From: a virus | Taxonomy: Duplodnaviria; Caudoviricetes | Virus record (IMG/VR): IMGVR_UViG_3300024331_000007 | Coordinates: 96,001 to 160,000 of that record | DNA: 64,000 nt | Strand: one strand, 5' to 3' | Shown here: positions 1 through 8,306 of the stretch, in pieces | How the letters are laid out: every line of letters starts with the position of its first letter | Position numbering within the stretch: the stretch's first letter is position 1 | Program-made: the position numbers and the translations under genes | Notes under the pieces: model-generated | The model's input: the letters and a program-made list of their open reading frames with translations, nothing else | Databases searched by the model: none | Told to the model about the DNA's origin: nothing

Positions 1-15
1 ATAGAAGTCAGTCAT
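1..15 (-). CDS. 5' end of a gene running off the left edge
   Basis: ATG at 15-13 just downstream of a minus-strand CATAAATA late box (21-28). Confidence 0.35.
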
Positions 16-74
16 GTCGATATTTATGAAAAATGGCACACGATCAAATCGTGCGCCATTTTGTAACTAAGTAA

Positions 75-292
75 TTATTTTGACTTTCGAGCTTTGACTC
101 TAATAGGTTCACCAATTACTGCTCCCCCTTCTTCTCGTTTGGTATAAAGAACTGCATCTCCTTTAGAATCGAACCATAAAATCCATTGTGGATTTTTGCA
201 GCCGGTTCAATATATCCTATAGTTCCCATGCCATTTTTTTCATTTCCATATTCCCCAATTTTAACACCAGATTTTCCTATTCCTATTTGCAT
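75..292 (-). CDS. small hypothetical protein, possibly split by a -1 frameshift in an A5 run
   Basis: GAGGAG SD then ATG at 292; the 0 frame stops at 116-118 (58 aa); a start-less -1 frame (NPQWILWFDSKGDAVLY...) runs to 75. Confidence 0.45.
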
Positions 293-350
293 TTTATTTC
301 TCCTCTTTATGTAGTGGTCGTTGTTACTCTACACAAATATCAATATATCT

Positions 351-770
351 TTAAAAACATCCGCCATCACTGTGTCTGTGGCGTCCCAATGCATAACTTT
401 CAACATGCATGAAGAAATCCAGAACTACCTCTTTGTTGGTGAGCCATTGTTCAAGATCAGATTCCCACGTTGTCCACCCCAAATTATCAACCATTTCTTC
501 GAGAAATTTCATTAAATCATAGGAATCAAAATGTCTGCATGATCTACTGAAGAATAGGAACGAGTCATTATGCTCGCATTTATGTAATCTCTGTAGAGCG
601 GCACGAGCCTCGTTGATAACTTCTATACCTTTCTCAGAAGCATGCCAAACCTTTTCTCCGTCATAAAAACCAACAAGAGTGTCAATGGCCAATCTTGCAG
701 TCAGCGCAATCCCCAAATAATCTGGACCTCTTCCACGAAAGCTCATATTATACCAGATGAAAACGAACAA
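351..770 (-). CDS. hypothetical protein
   Basis: 139-aa ORF co-oriented in a tight operon; likely start MSFRGRGP. Confidence 0.6.
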   Translation of the reverse strand: MFVFIWYNMSFRGRGPDYLGIALTARLAIDTLVGFYDGEKVWHASEKGIEVINEARAALQRLHKCEHNDSFLFFSRSCRHFDSYDLMKFLEEMVDNLGWTTWESDLEQWLTNKEVVLDFFMHVESYALGRHRHSDGGCF

Positions 771-1059
771 CAGTTACTGGAGATTTTCCAGTAATGTCTG
801 GGTAATGACGCATCATACCTTGGATAGCATCATCAACATCCTGAAATCCATCGTCCTGTAGAACCTCCAAAGGACAGGTTTCCAGAGTGTAATGCTTAAC
901 TGATTCAACAACTGCTGGATATCCAGCAATCGTGATATTCTCTGTGAAGTCGCGATATCCCTTACGAAGGGTCACGCGCTTCGATCCATCAAGAATACCA
1001 TCGATTAAATCATCTGCTAAACGTAGCGTTGTTTCCTGTATCGGTCTTAATTCTGCCAT
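748..1059 (-). CDS. ASCH/PUA-like domain protein
   Basis: LRLADDLIDGILDGSKRVTLRKG matches the ASCH GxKxxTxR motif. Confidence 0.75.
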   Translation of the reverse strand: MAELRPIQETTLRLADDLIDGILDGSKRVTLRKGYRDFTENITIAGYPAVVESVKHYTLETCPLEVLQDDGFQDVDDAIQGMMRHYPDITGKSPVTVVRFHLV

Positions 1060-1061
1060 AA

Positions 1062-1379
1062 TTACTCCAATAGCTTTGTAATTGCTTCTTCGATTTCGGT
1101 TTGGTCAACATATCCAACAATAGACTTGGCGAAATATCCGTTGTGAAAGAATAGCAATGCGGGAATACCTCGCACATCATAGTTTGACGGCGTAATAGGG
1201 TTGGTGTCAACATCCATCTTTGCAACCTTGACAGTTCCCTGATACTTGTTTGCAATGGCCTCTACTGTAGGGGCTATAGCTCTACAAGGACCGCACCAAG
1301 CGGCCCAAAAGTCCACCAATACCAATCCCTTTGCTTCCAATACCTCTTCCTTGAATGTTGCGTCAGTTAAATTCAGCAT
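1062..1379 (-). CDS. trxA: thioredoxin
   Basis: VLVDFWAAWCGPC active site, GIP cis-Pro loop, 105 aa. Confidence 0.95.
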   Translation of the reverse strand: MLNLTDATFKEEVLEAKGLVLVDFWAAWCGPCRAIAPTVEAIANKYQGTVKVAKMDVDTNPITPSNYDVRGIPALLFFHNGYFAKSIVGYVDQTEIEEAITKLLE

Positions 1380-1388
1380 AATTACCTC

Positions 1389-1574
1389 TTATTCTTGCGC
1401 GTACCTAGTTGGATAATCGTATTGTGGATTCTGCATCTGGCATGCGGCATTATTTGTATTACTATGCACCCAAATTAATGAGTCTGTTTCATCTCCCGAA
1501 ACACAATTTCCGTCGGGATGTATTACATTTCCAGTTGGCGAAAGATATGCTTCAGGATGTATTACTTCCCCCAC
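1389..1574 (-). CDS. hypothetical protein
   Basis: 61-aa co-oriented ORF with GGAAG/GGGG purine-rich SD. Confidence 0.5.
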   Translation of the reverse strand: MGEVIHPEAYLSPTGNVIHPDGNCVSGDETDSLIWVHSNTNNAACQMQNPQYDYPTRYAQE

Positions 1575-1602
1575 ATACTATACAAGTTGTCATAATGTCC
1601 TC

Positions 1603-2595
1603 TTAAAATCCTACCTTGTCTTGTTGTCCATCACCCTTGATTTTATGCTTCATTGTCTTGAGACGATCCAAAACAACATCATAGTCTTGGTCAAGGCAAC
1701 GAACTGCTGCTGTCATTTCGCGAAGGTGCGCAATGCTCAAGCCCTTAGTATCGGCAACCCATTTTTCAAGTTCTTCAATATCGCCGAGAATATGCTTGAG
1801 ATAAGTCTTGCGAGCTTCGGGAGAGGGCATATCAACCAAAATTCTTTCATCAAAACGGCTTGGACGATTAACAATACGTGCACCCAAACGATCAGGATAG
1901 TTGGTTGTGGCAAGCATAACGATTCTATCAACTTGATTCTCGCCATCCAGCAAAGCAAGCAAATCGTGCTCACCGAACTTCTCGATAATTTCGTCAATAT
2001 CTTCCATGATGCAGATAATGCGACGTTCTGGTTCAATACGACGCAATGCTTCTAATCCCATTGATGTGATCTTTGGGTGATCACACATAATAACAATGCC
2101 TCCGTTGTCCAACAAATACTTGTTGAGAAGCGTGATTGTGGCGGTTTTTCCGCTACCGGGAGGTCCAAATAAAAGGATACCTCTCTTGTATAGCAATCCG
2201 TGCTTACGATATCGTTCTTCCATGTCCCAAAATTTTGCCATTCCAGCCAATACCTTTTCGCTGGAACTATCAGGCAATTCCACCAACGAATCGGTGATTA
2301 CCTTGATCTTTTTGGCATAGAGTCCGTTGTCATCCCGATCAAACACATAAACACCGGGAGGAATTGATTCTCTGGTTACGCCAGCGGGACGAAATGTATC
2401 GTTCGCTCCTACTTGCCATTGGCGAAATTCAAAACTTGATTTACTTGATGCTGTGCACCCATCAATTTCATCCCAATCATTAGATGGGCTGGATAGGGTT
2501 TTCGCGTTCATTTCTCGTTGTCTGTCGCTGATTTCTGGTTCATTAACCAGCATATCGTTAAGAATCTCGTCGTCAGTTTTTCCATTTATCGTCAT
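1603..2595 (-). CDS. AAA+ ATPase (single module, BCS1/FtsH-ATPase-like)
   Basis: Walker A GPPGSGKT, Walker B MEDID, sensor TTNYP, SRH RPSRFD. Confidence 0.9.
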   Translation of the reverse strand: MTINGKTDDEILNDMLVNEPEISDRQREMNAKTLSSPSNDWDEIDGCTASSKSSFEFRQWQVGANDTFRPAGVTRESIPPGVYVFDRDDNGLYAKKIKVITDSLVELPDSSSEKVLAGMAKFWDMEERYRKHGLLYKRGILLFGPPGSGKTATITLLNKYLLDNGGIVIMCDHPKITSMGLEALRRIEPERRIICIMEDIDEIIEKFGEHDLLALLDGENQVDRIVMLATTNYPDRLGARIVNRPSRFDERILVDMPSPEARKTYLKHILGDIEELEKWVADTKGLSIAHLREMTAAVRCLDQDYDVVLDRLKTMKHKIKGDGQQDKVGF

Positions 2596-2599
2596 AGTT

Positions 2600-3052
2600 T
2601 TATAGTGACACGTCTTCCATGCCAGCCGTGCGTAATCTTACTACATGGCCGATCATAAAGTTTTTGGATTCAAGTCCTTTTAGAATGCCCAAATATCGAT
2701 TTCGAAGCAGGGCTACTTCGTTTATTAAACATTCGTAATCAACCACTTCCTGTTCGCCATCTGTGTACTTTTCAGCATCGCGACTGGTTAGTGCTCTATT
2801 ATAGCCTTCCATATATTGCTGGAAATGTTTGCGGCGAATCTTACGAAGCTGAATGTTCATATAGTTCAGAATCGCTTCGATTTCCTGTAATTGATTAAAT
2901 CGGTGTTCAGTAACACCGGGAAGATCAGCTAAATTTTTCTCAACATTGCCACGAATAGCTATTTCCTTCTTTGCCAATTCGAGTTCATGTTCATAGTAAT
3001 TAATGAAGTTTGGTATCTCGCCGAGATTTGCTACGATTTTATTATAAAACAT
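2600..3052 (-). CDS. uvsY: UvsY-like recombination mediator
   Basis: helical ~150 aa, C-terminal LLRNRYLGILKGLESKNFMIGHVVRLRTAGMED; near uvsX and gp32. Confidence 0.7.
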   Translation of the reverse strand: MFYNKIVANLGEIPNFINYYEHELELAKKEIAIRGNVEKNLADLPGVTEHRFNQLQEIEAILNYMNIQLRKIRRKHFQQYMEGYNRALTSRDAEKYTDGEQEVVDYECLINEVALLRNRYLGILKGLESKNFMIGHVVRLRTAGMEDVSL

Positions 3053-3054
3053 GA

Positions 3055-3309
3055 TTAGTCTTCGTACTCGTTATTGAAGTTGTCTTCGCCGTCCGTAAAA
3101 GCATCTTCCTCTTCAGAAATAGCTGCATAAGCCTCACCCAAATCACTATCAAGGTCTGCAATAGCTGCTTGTTCTTCTTTGCTTAATACTGAGGAAAGAT
3201 AGCTGAAAAGTTGCTCAGCGGCGGAAGCCTGATCCCTGCGTGGAATATAATCCACAAGCAATTGCCAACATTCTGTTATGAGTTCTGGTGTTTCCTTTGT
3301 CATTTTCAA
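3055..3309 (-). CDS. acidic hypothetical protein
   Basis: 84-aa ORF immediately upstream of uvsY. Confidence 0.65.
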   Translation of the reverse strand: MKMTKETPELITECWQLLVDYIPRRDQASAAEQLFSYLSSVLSKEEQAAIADLDSDLGEAYAAISEEEDAFTDGEDNFNNEYED

Positions 3310-3399
3310 TACCTTTTATTAGATGTTTTCTGTGGTATGTAGATTCATTATAATCCAGTGGATGTTGCCTGTAAAGCCTTTTTCGATAAATACAGTATT

Positions 3400-4077
3400 A
3401 TGCTTCTTGACGAACTCAGCAGACCGAAAATTGGAAAAGATATTGAATCGACGGCCTTTGATTACTTCAATCAGAGAAAAACTGCCACGTCCAGTGAACA
3501 AGCTGAAGCTATGCAACTCGCCCTTCTAAAGAAGCTAAAAGTAATGGGCTGGAAGAAGATTGGTGAAGGCACTTACAGCTATGTATTCGAGAACAGCGAG
3601 AAACCATATATTCTGAAAGTCAATAAGCGAGAAGATAAGGGTTTCATGGCATATGCTGAACTAATCAAGAAAAGCCGAAATCCTCATTTTCCTAAAATCA
3701 GTGACCGAAAATCTTTGGAAGTCGAAGATGTTGACGGTTACCGTCGAATCTTTCAAGTCTATCTAATCGAAAAGCTACGTGTGATGCCTGCAAGAGAAGC
3801 AATTGATGTTTCGTATGATCTGGAAAGAATCGTTCTGTACCCATATCACACATTGGAGCAGGTATTCACAAACTCTGTTAGAGGAGCGGTTGGAAACATT
3901 GGTGGAAAAGTTCCAGATTATCTTCGTCGTAATCCTCTTTTAGTTACTGCCTGTCAAATTGTTGGCAGGCACATGAAAACTTTTGGCATGCGTTCCGATC
4001 TTCACGAAGAAAACATTATGGAACGCGCTGATGGAACAACTGTTATTACTGACCCTTATGCAACGATTGCAGGCTAA
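3400..4077 (+). CDS. atypical protein-kinase-like protein 1
   Basis: IGEGTYSYVF Gly-loop, YILKVN Lys, DLHEENIM catalytic loop, ITDP; ATG 3400 follows GATAAATA. Confidence 0.75.
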   Translation: MLLDELSRPKIGKDIESTAFDYFNQRKTATSSEQAEAMQLALLKKLKVMGWKKIGEGTYSYVFENSEKPYILKVNKREDKGFMAYAELIKKSRNPHFPKISDRKSLEVEDVDGYRRIFQVYLIEKLRVMPAREAIDVSYDLERIVLYPYHTLEQVFTNSVRGAVGNIGGKVPDYLRRNPLLVTACQIVGRHMKTFGMRSDLHEENIMERADGTTVITDPYATIAG

Positions 4078-4079
4078 CT

Positions 4080-4757
4080 ATGTTTCTGAATGAACTCACA
4101 AAATCGTATCCACTGGACCCGCAAGCTATAGATGCGGCTAAGACGTTTTACAAAAAGATACCTGATTTGCCAGTAAAAAATGGTAAGGTTGATGACGACG
4201 CCATTGACTATGAAGCGGATTTCGAGCTAGTTCGTAAAATGAAAGCACTCGGTTGGACTGAATCTCATACTGAGGGCTGGTACAGTACTGTATTTGTAAA
4301 ACCTTCCGAACCTTATGTTCTAAAAATTAATAAGCGTGTTGATCGTCCGTATGCTTGGTTTGCTCTGCTGGCTTCCAAATTTCCAAATGAACATTTTCCT
4401 AAAATTGGTAATGCAAAGATCATTAAAGTTCAAACAATGAATTATCGAATTTATGCAATTGAAAAGCTATCACCATTCCAAGACAAACTTGATGCCAAGT
4501 ATATTGCTGGATTTTGCAAATGGTCAGTTAAAACACAAGACGATCTGCAATATCAATTGAACTACGGTAAGCAAGTTGAAGAAAGTGTTGCTGGTTTGCG
4601 TGGTCAAACTGCTGGTCTAATTTCAGCATGTCAGATTCTCAAAAAATATGGAAGTGGTTTTCATATTGACATACACAGTAACAACATTATGCTTCGCGGC
4701 AGAACCAGTGTCATCACTGATCCATTCACACCTATTGAAGATGCTTTGGATAGTTAA
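4080..4757 (+). CDS. atypical protein-kinase-like protein 2 (paralog)
   Basis: EGWYSTVF, YVLKIN, HFPKI, YAIEKL, DIHSNNIM, ITDP. Confidence 0.75.
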   Translation: MFLNELTKSYPLDPQAIDAAKTFYKKIPDLPVKNGKVDDDAIDYEADFELVRKMKALGWTESHTEGWYSTVFVKPSEPYVLKINKRVDRPYAWFALLASKFPNEHFPKIGNAKIIKVQTMNYRIYAIEKLSPFQDKLDAKYIAGFCKWSVKTQDDLQYQLNYGKQVEESVAGLRGQTAGLISACQILKKYGSGFHIDIHSNNIMLRGRTSVITDPFTPIEDALDS

Positions 4758-4963
4758 CGAACAAAGAACTTAGGTATTGAACCGTGATACCTACCGCTGA
4801 ATCCATACCTGTCTAACTTTGAAAAATTATCGGACTTGACGCTGTACAGTAATGTTATATTCCTTTCTGCAATTTCTAAAAGGTAGAAACATTTTGGATT
4901 TGGAATCCCAGCCCTCCAATTTTGGGTTAACTGTGCTCTGAAAATATGTCGATAGTTTCTCAT
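4754..4963 (-). CDS. hypothetical protein
   Basis: 69-aa ORF downstream of uvsX. Confidence 0.45.
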   Translation of the reverse strand: MRNYRHIFRAQLTQNWRAGIPNPKCFYLLEIAERNITLLYSVKSDNFSKLDRYGFSGRYHGSIPKFFVR

Positions 4964-4976
4964 AGTAATTGGAGGC

Positions 4977-4996
4977 GGCGGGAAGACTGTCCCGCC
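4977..4996 (-). other. GC-rich hairpin after uvsX
   Basis: GGCGGGA-6nt-TCCCGCC; no U tract, so terminator status is uncertain. Confidence 0.5.
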
Positions 4997-5008
4997 ACAG
5001 GTTATTTG

Positions 5009-6067
5009 TTATTCCGCGACAATTGCAGATACTGGCGCAACAATGATCTTTTCCTCGTCAAATTCCTTCATAATCTTGTCAAGGATTCCGTCTTTGTTGG
5101 TGAGATATTCTTTACGCCAATACTTGTGCGCTTCACCGTTTACGTCAGTGTATACATAACGATTGCCTTCTTTCACAATCGTCTTGTATTGTTCGAACAA
5201 CTCAAAGAGTCCAGAATAAGGGTCCATTCCAGTTGCATATGGAATCCTTACTTCCATTGTTTCAAAAGGCTTGTTGTATCGCGACTTCATAATCTTGCAA
5301 CCAGCGCGAATACCCAAAACTTCTGATCCCTTGACTCCCTCTTCGTCTTCCTTCAATTTCAATGGCTTCATTGCAACTACGATACTGCTTGCAAAAACGA
5401 AGCCTGAACCACCGCTGACAATTGCATCTGGATTGTATGGGTCTTGGCTTGCATATGTGTGATTCGTCGCAACCAAACCTATATTCAATTCTCCAAACAT
5501 ATTGACGCAATTGGTAACAAGAGCCTTCAACTGCTTGGCCTTGATACCCATATCGCCCTTCATGTTGCCAGATTCGAATTGTTCAACGCTTGTGGGCGAG
5601 AGAAGCATACCCAAACTATCCACAACGAATAGAACGAGTGGTCTTTCCTCTTCTGGAATTTCTTTGTACTCCTTGACGAAATCGCTGACTAGCTTGGCAA
5701 CATCATTTGTCATTGACATGCTAAGTTTAAGCATTTTTTCTTCGCTCGTATCAACACCGAATGCCTGTAGCCAAGGCTCGTCCAAGGCGTTTTCGGTATC
5801 AACAAGGATAACAAAGATACCCAAATCCTGTGCGTTCTTTACAATGTTTCCACTGACGATCAAACTCTTTCCTGATGCTGGTTCTCCTGCGAAAACTGTT
5901 ACCTTTCCAAGAGGAACGCCAGCGTCAAAGCGTCCAGAGATTCGATAGTTCAGTGCGTAATTACCAGTCGAAATCCAAACATCTGGATCGTGGAAACCAA
6001 TGCTAATTCCGTCAATACTTTTTGTAATGGTACGTCTAAATTTTGAAACATCAAACGGCTTCGCCAT
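5009..6067 (-). CDS. uvsX: RecA/UvsX-like recombinase
   Basis: ISTGNYALN, Walker A GEPASGKS, VDTENALD, VVDSLG, SGGSGFVFASS. Confidence 0.93.
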   Translation of the reverse strand: MAKPFDVSKFRRTITKSIDGISIGFHDPDVWISTGNYALNYRISGRFDAGVPLGKVTVFAGEPASGKSLIVSGNIVKNAQDLGIFVILVDTENALDEPWLQAFGVDTSEEKMLKLSMSMTNDVAKLVSDFVKEYKEIPEEERPLVLFVVDSLGMLLSPTSVEQFESGNMKGDMGIKAKQLKALVTNCVNMFGELNIGLVATNHTYASQDPYNPDAIVSGGSGFVFASSIVVAMKPLKLKEDEEGVKGSEVLGIRAGCKIMKSRYNKPFETMEVRIPYATGMDPYSGLFELFEQYKTIVKEGNRYVYTDVNGEAHKYWRKEYLTNKDGILDKIMKEFDEEKIIVAPVSAIVAE

Positions 6068-6097
6068 ATTATTTCTCCGAATATAATGTAATGTATG

Positions 6098-6125
6098 AAC
6101 GAAGCCGCATTGCTGCGGCCTCGTT
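6098..6125 (-). other. 12-bp stem with GCAA tetraloop between gp32 and uvsX
   Basis: AACGAGGCCGCA-GCAA-TGCGGCTTCGTT on minus; terminator or stabilizing stem. Confidence 0.6.
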
Positions 6126-6139
6126 ATTTGTGGTATGGT

Positions 6140-7153
6140 TTATGCCTTTGATTCAGCTTTTGCTTCTGCTGTTTTCTTACCGCGCTGCTTAATCATCTCA
6201 AGGATCGCGCTGGCAGACTTGTTCTCACCTGCTGGAGCAGCAACAGATTCCGTTTCAGCGTGAGAAGTTTCCTTCTTGCTTGCTTCGGTCTTTGTTTCTG
6301 TCTGAGTCGAATCGGTTGTACCTTCCTTCTCAGTTCTTGCTCCCGCTGGGCGATAGAAGCTACCCCAACGTTCCTGATCGTAAGCTTCACCATTGACTGA
6401 TGCTGCAAACATTTCACGAATGATGTTAAGTTCTTCTTCGGATGGCTTCTTGCCAAGGAAGTCGCTGAGATTGCTCAGACCGTGCTTCTCGATGGCAGCA
6501 AGTTCGTCCTGTGTAAGAGCAGATTCGCGGCGAGCATAAGAGCTAATACCGTAATCTGCATACTGGCCCTTTGTTGACTTTGTGATACGGAAGTCAGAAC
6601 CTGCCTCGTAATCGCAAGGAAGATTAATCATTTCTGCATCCATCAAACCAGCCTTGACCAAGTTATAAAGCTGCTTGTTCAAGCTGAAACGACGAATTGG
6701 ATTCTCAGGAACGGAATCTTCTTGGACTGCGCTCTTACGAACGAATCCCTGCATAATGTATTGTGGCTTCTTCCAGTAAATGTTGGCCTTTTGAGTAAGA
6801 GCCTCATCACCGCTTGCCTTGGCTTCCTTGTACCATGCGCGAACTTCACTGAGGATAGGGCATCCCTGTGGATATAGTTCACGACCAAACATTTCAACGC
6901 AAGGTACGCTGACTGTTACTTGTTTGGTTTCGCCGCCCTTGATACCGTTGAATGGCAGCTTGATCTGGAGTTTTTCAACCCAGAAAAATGTGTTGTCTTG
7001 ATTGCCGTCAGGAAGGAAACGGAGTTCAGAAGTTGTGTCGGGTTTCGCATTCCAGAATGGAAAAAATGCGTTGTCGAAGTTTTGACCTTTATTTTTTTCT
7101 GCTTGAGCTAATCTCGCACGAATGGCTTGAAGTGTGCTATTAGGGTTTCCCAT
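6140..7153 (-). CDS. T4 gp32-like single-stranded DNA-binding protein
   Basis: LRFLPDGNQDNTFFWVE, VPCVEMFG..CPIL, DYEAGSDFRITK, YADYGISSYARRESAL. Confidence 0.85.
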   Translation of the reverse strand: MGNPNSTLQAIRARLAQAEKNKGQNFDNAFFPFWNAKPDTTSELRFLPDGNQDNTFFWVEKLQIKLPFNGIKGGETKQVTVSVPCVEMFGRELYPQGCPILSEVRAWYKEAKASGDEALTQKANIYWKKPQYIMQGFVRKSAVQEDSVPENPIRRFSLNKQLYNLVKAGLMDAEMINLPCDYEAGSDFRITKSTKGQYADYGISSYARRESALTQDELAAIEKHGLSNLSDFLGKKPSEEELNIIREMFAASVNGEAYDQERWGSFYRPAGARTEKEGTTDSTQTETKTEASKKETSHAETESVAAPAGENKSASAILEMIKQRGKKTAEAKAESKA

Positions 7154-7340
7154 GATGATTCTCCATATATACCATGTAATTTAATTAGTGTGACCATGAT
7201 TGTACTGCTTCCATGTTTGTCACTCTTTATCAAGAGTAACATTGTATTTAGTCTGAGTCAACGAGTTTTTTGGTTGAAAACGAAAAATAATTTTGTACTC
7301 GGTAAACGAAAACTTCAAAGCTAAATACTTGACGTAACAA

Positions 7341-7721
7341 ATGCAGTCCACGAGTCGCCAAACTCTGACTGCCCTATCGGTCTGGGAGGACCAACAGCAC
7401 ATGCGTATTTACTTCTCTAATTTCCTAAACGCTGTTTCTGGAACAGCGTCGGCTGGCGTTCCTGTAGATATTGAAGGTTATTACTCAGAACTCATAAATG
7501 GTTGCAATACTAAATTCCAGCCGTTTCATCGTGCTATATTTTACTCAACCAACAACGGAAATGCCGCACCTGAATGCACGTTGGTTGTTCAATATTATGG
7601 TAGCGAAGATGATAAATTGCAATCCAAAAATTTGACTGGCAATGTCATTTTTAGTGGATCATCGTGCGAAGACATCCGTCAAAAATTTTTGAACCAAGCC
7701 TTAGAAAACCTTACAAAATGA
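7341..7721 (+). CDS. late hypothetical protein
   Basis: 126-aa ORF preceded by GCTAAATA (7320-7327). Confidence 0.65.
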   Translation: MQSTSRQTLTALSVWEDQQHMRIYFSNFLNAVSGTASAGVPVDIEGYYSELINGCNTKFQPFHRAIFYSTNNGNAAPECTLVVQYYGSEDDKLQSKNLTGNVIFSGSSCEDIRQKFLNQALENLTK

Positions 7722-8306
7722 ACATTTACTACATTTACGCATATCTTCGTAAAGTTCAAACACTACATGGAGAAGCTGGAACCCCCTTATTACATCGGCA
7801 AGGGGTGTGGTCCTAGAATGTATGTGAATCATTCGGATTGCGGCGGAAAAATACCCAAAGATCGTCGTTTCATTTTGAAGATTTTTGAGAACTGCTCTGA
7901 AAATCAAGCGTTTGAGCTAGAACGAGCGTTGATAAAGATATTCGGTAGGATCGACATTGGAACTGGGTGTCTTCGTAATCTTACGGATGGTGGAACTGGC
8001 TCTAGTGGTAAAATCATCACCGAGGAATCTCGTAAACGAATGTCAATTGGGCAGAGTAGGAGAACTGAATACCCAAAAGGTTTGCCAGTATCGGAAGAAA
8101 GAAGACAAGCTCAAAGAGAAAAGATGACTGGCAAACCAGCATGGAATAAAGGAAAATCTTGGTCTAAAGAGACTAGACAAAAGTTATCAGATTCCCATAT
8201 GGGTAAGACTAGCCCAAGAAAAGGTGTTACCTTATCTGTTGAAACCAAAAGAAAAATTTCAGAATCCCTTAAAAAGAGAAACCAAATTATCACCACTGCG
8301 ACATAG
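7718..8306 (+). pseudogene. GIY-YIG/NUMOD3 endonuclease split by a +1 frameshift (pseudogene, programmed shift or assembly indel)
   Basis: ATGA-coupled start gives MNIYYIYAYLRK...GEAGTP; the +1 frame continues YYIGKG...LRNLTDGG and NUMOD3-like repeats; break at C5 run 7782-7786. Confidence 0.75.

Noticed and set aside
3337-3342. ATG-TAG in frame upstream of kinase 1, suggesting TAG recoding (genetic code 15)
   Set aside because: Long genes are intact under code 11. TAG ends the GSP synthase and primase at natural C-termini. ATG 3400 has a late box and a paralog-matching start.
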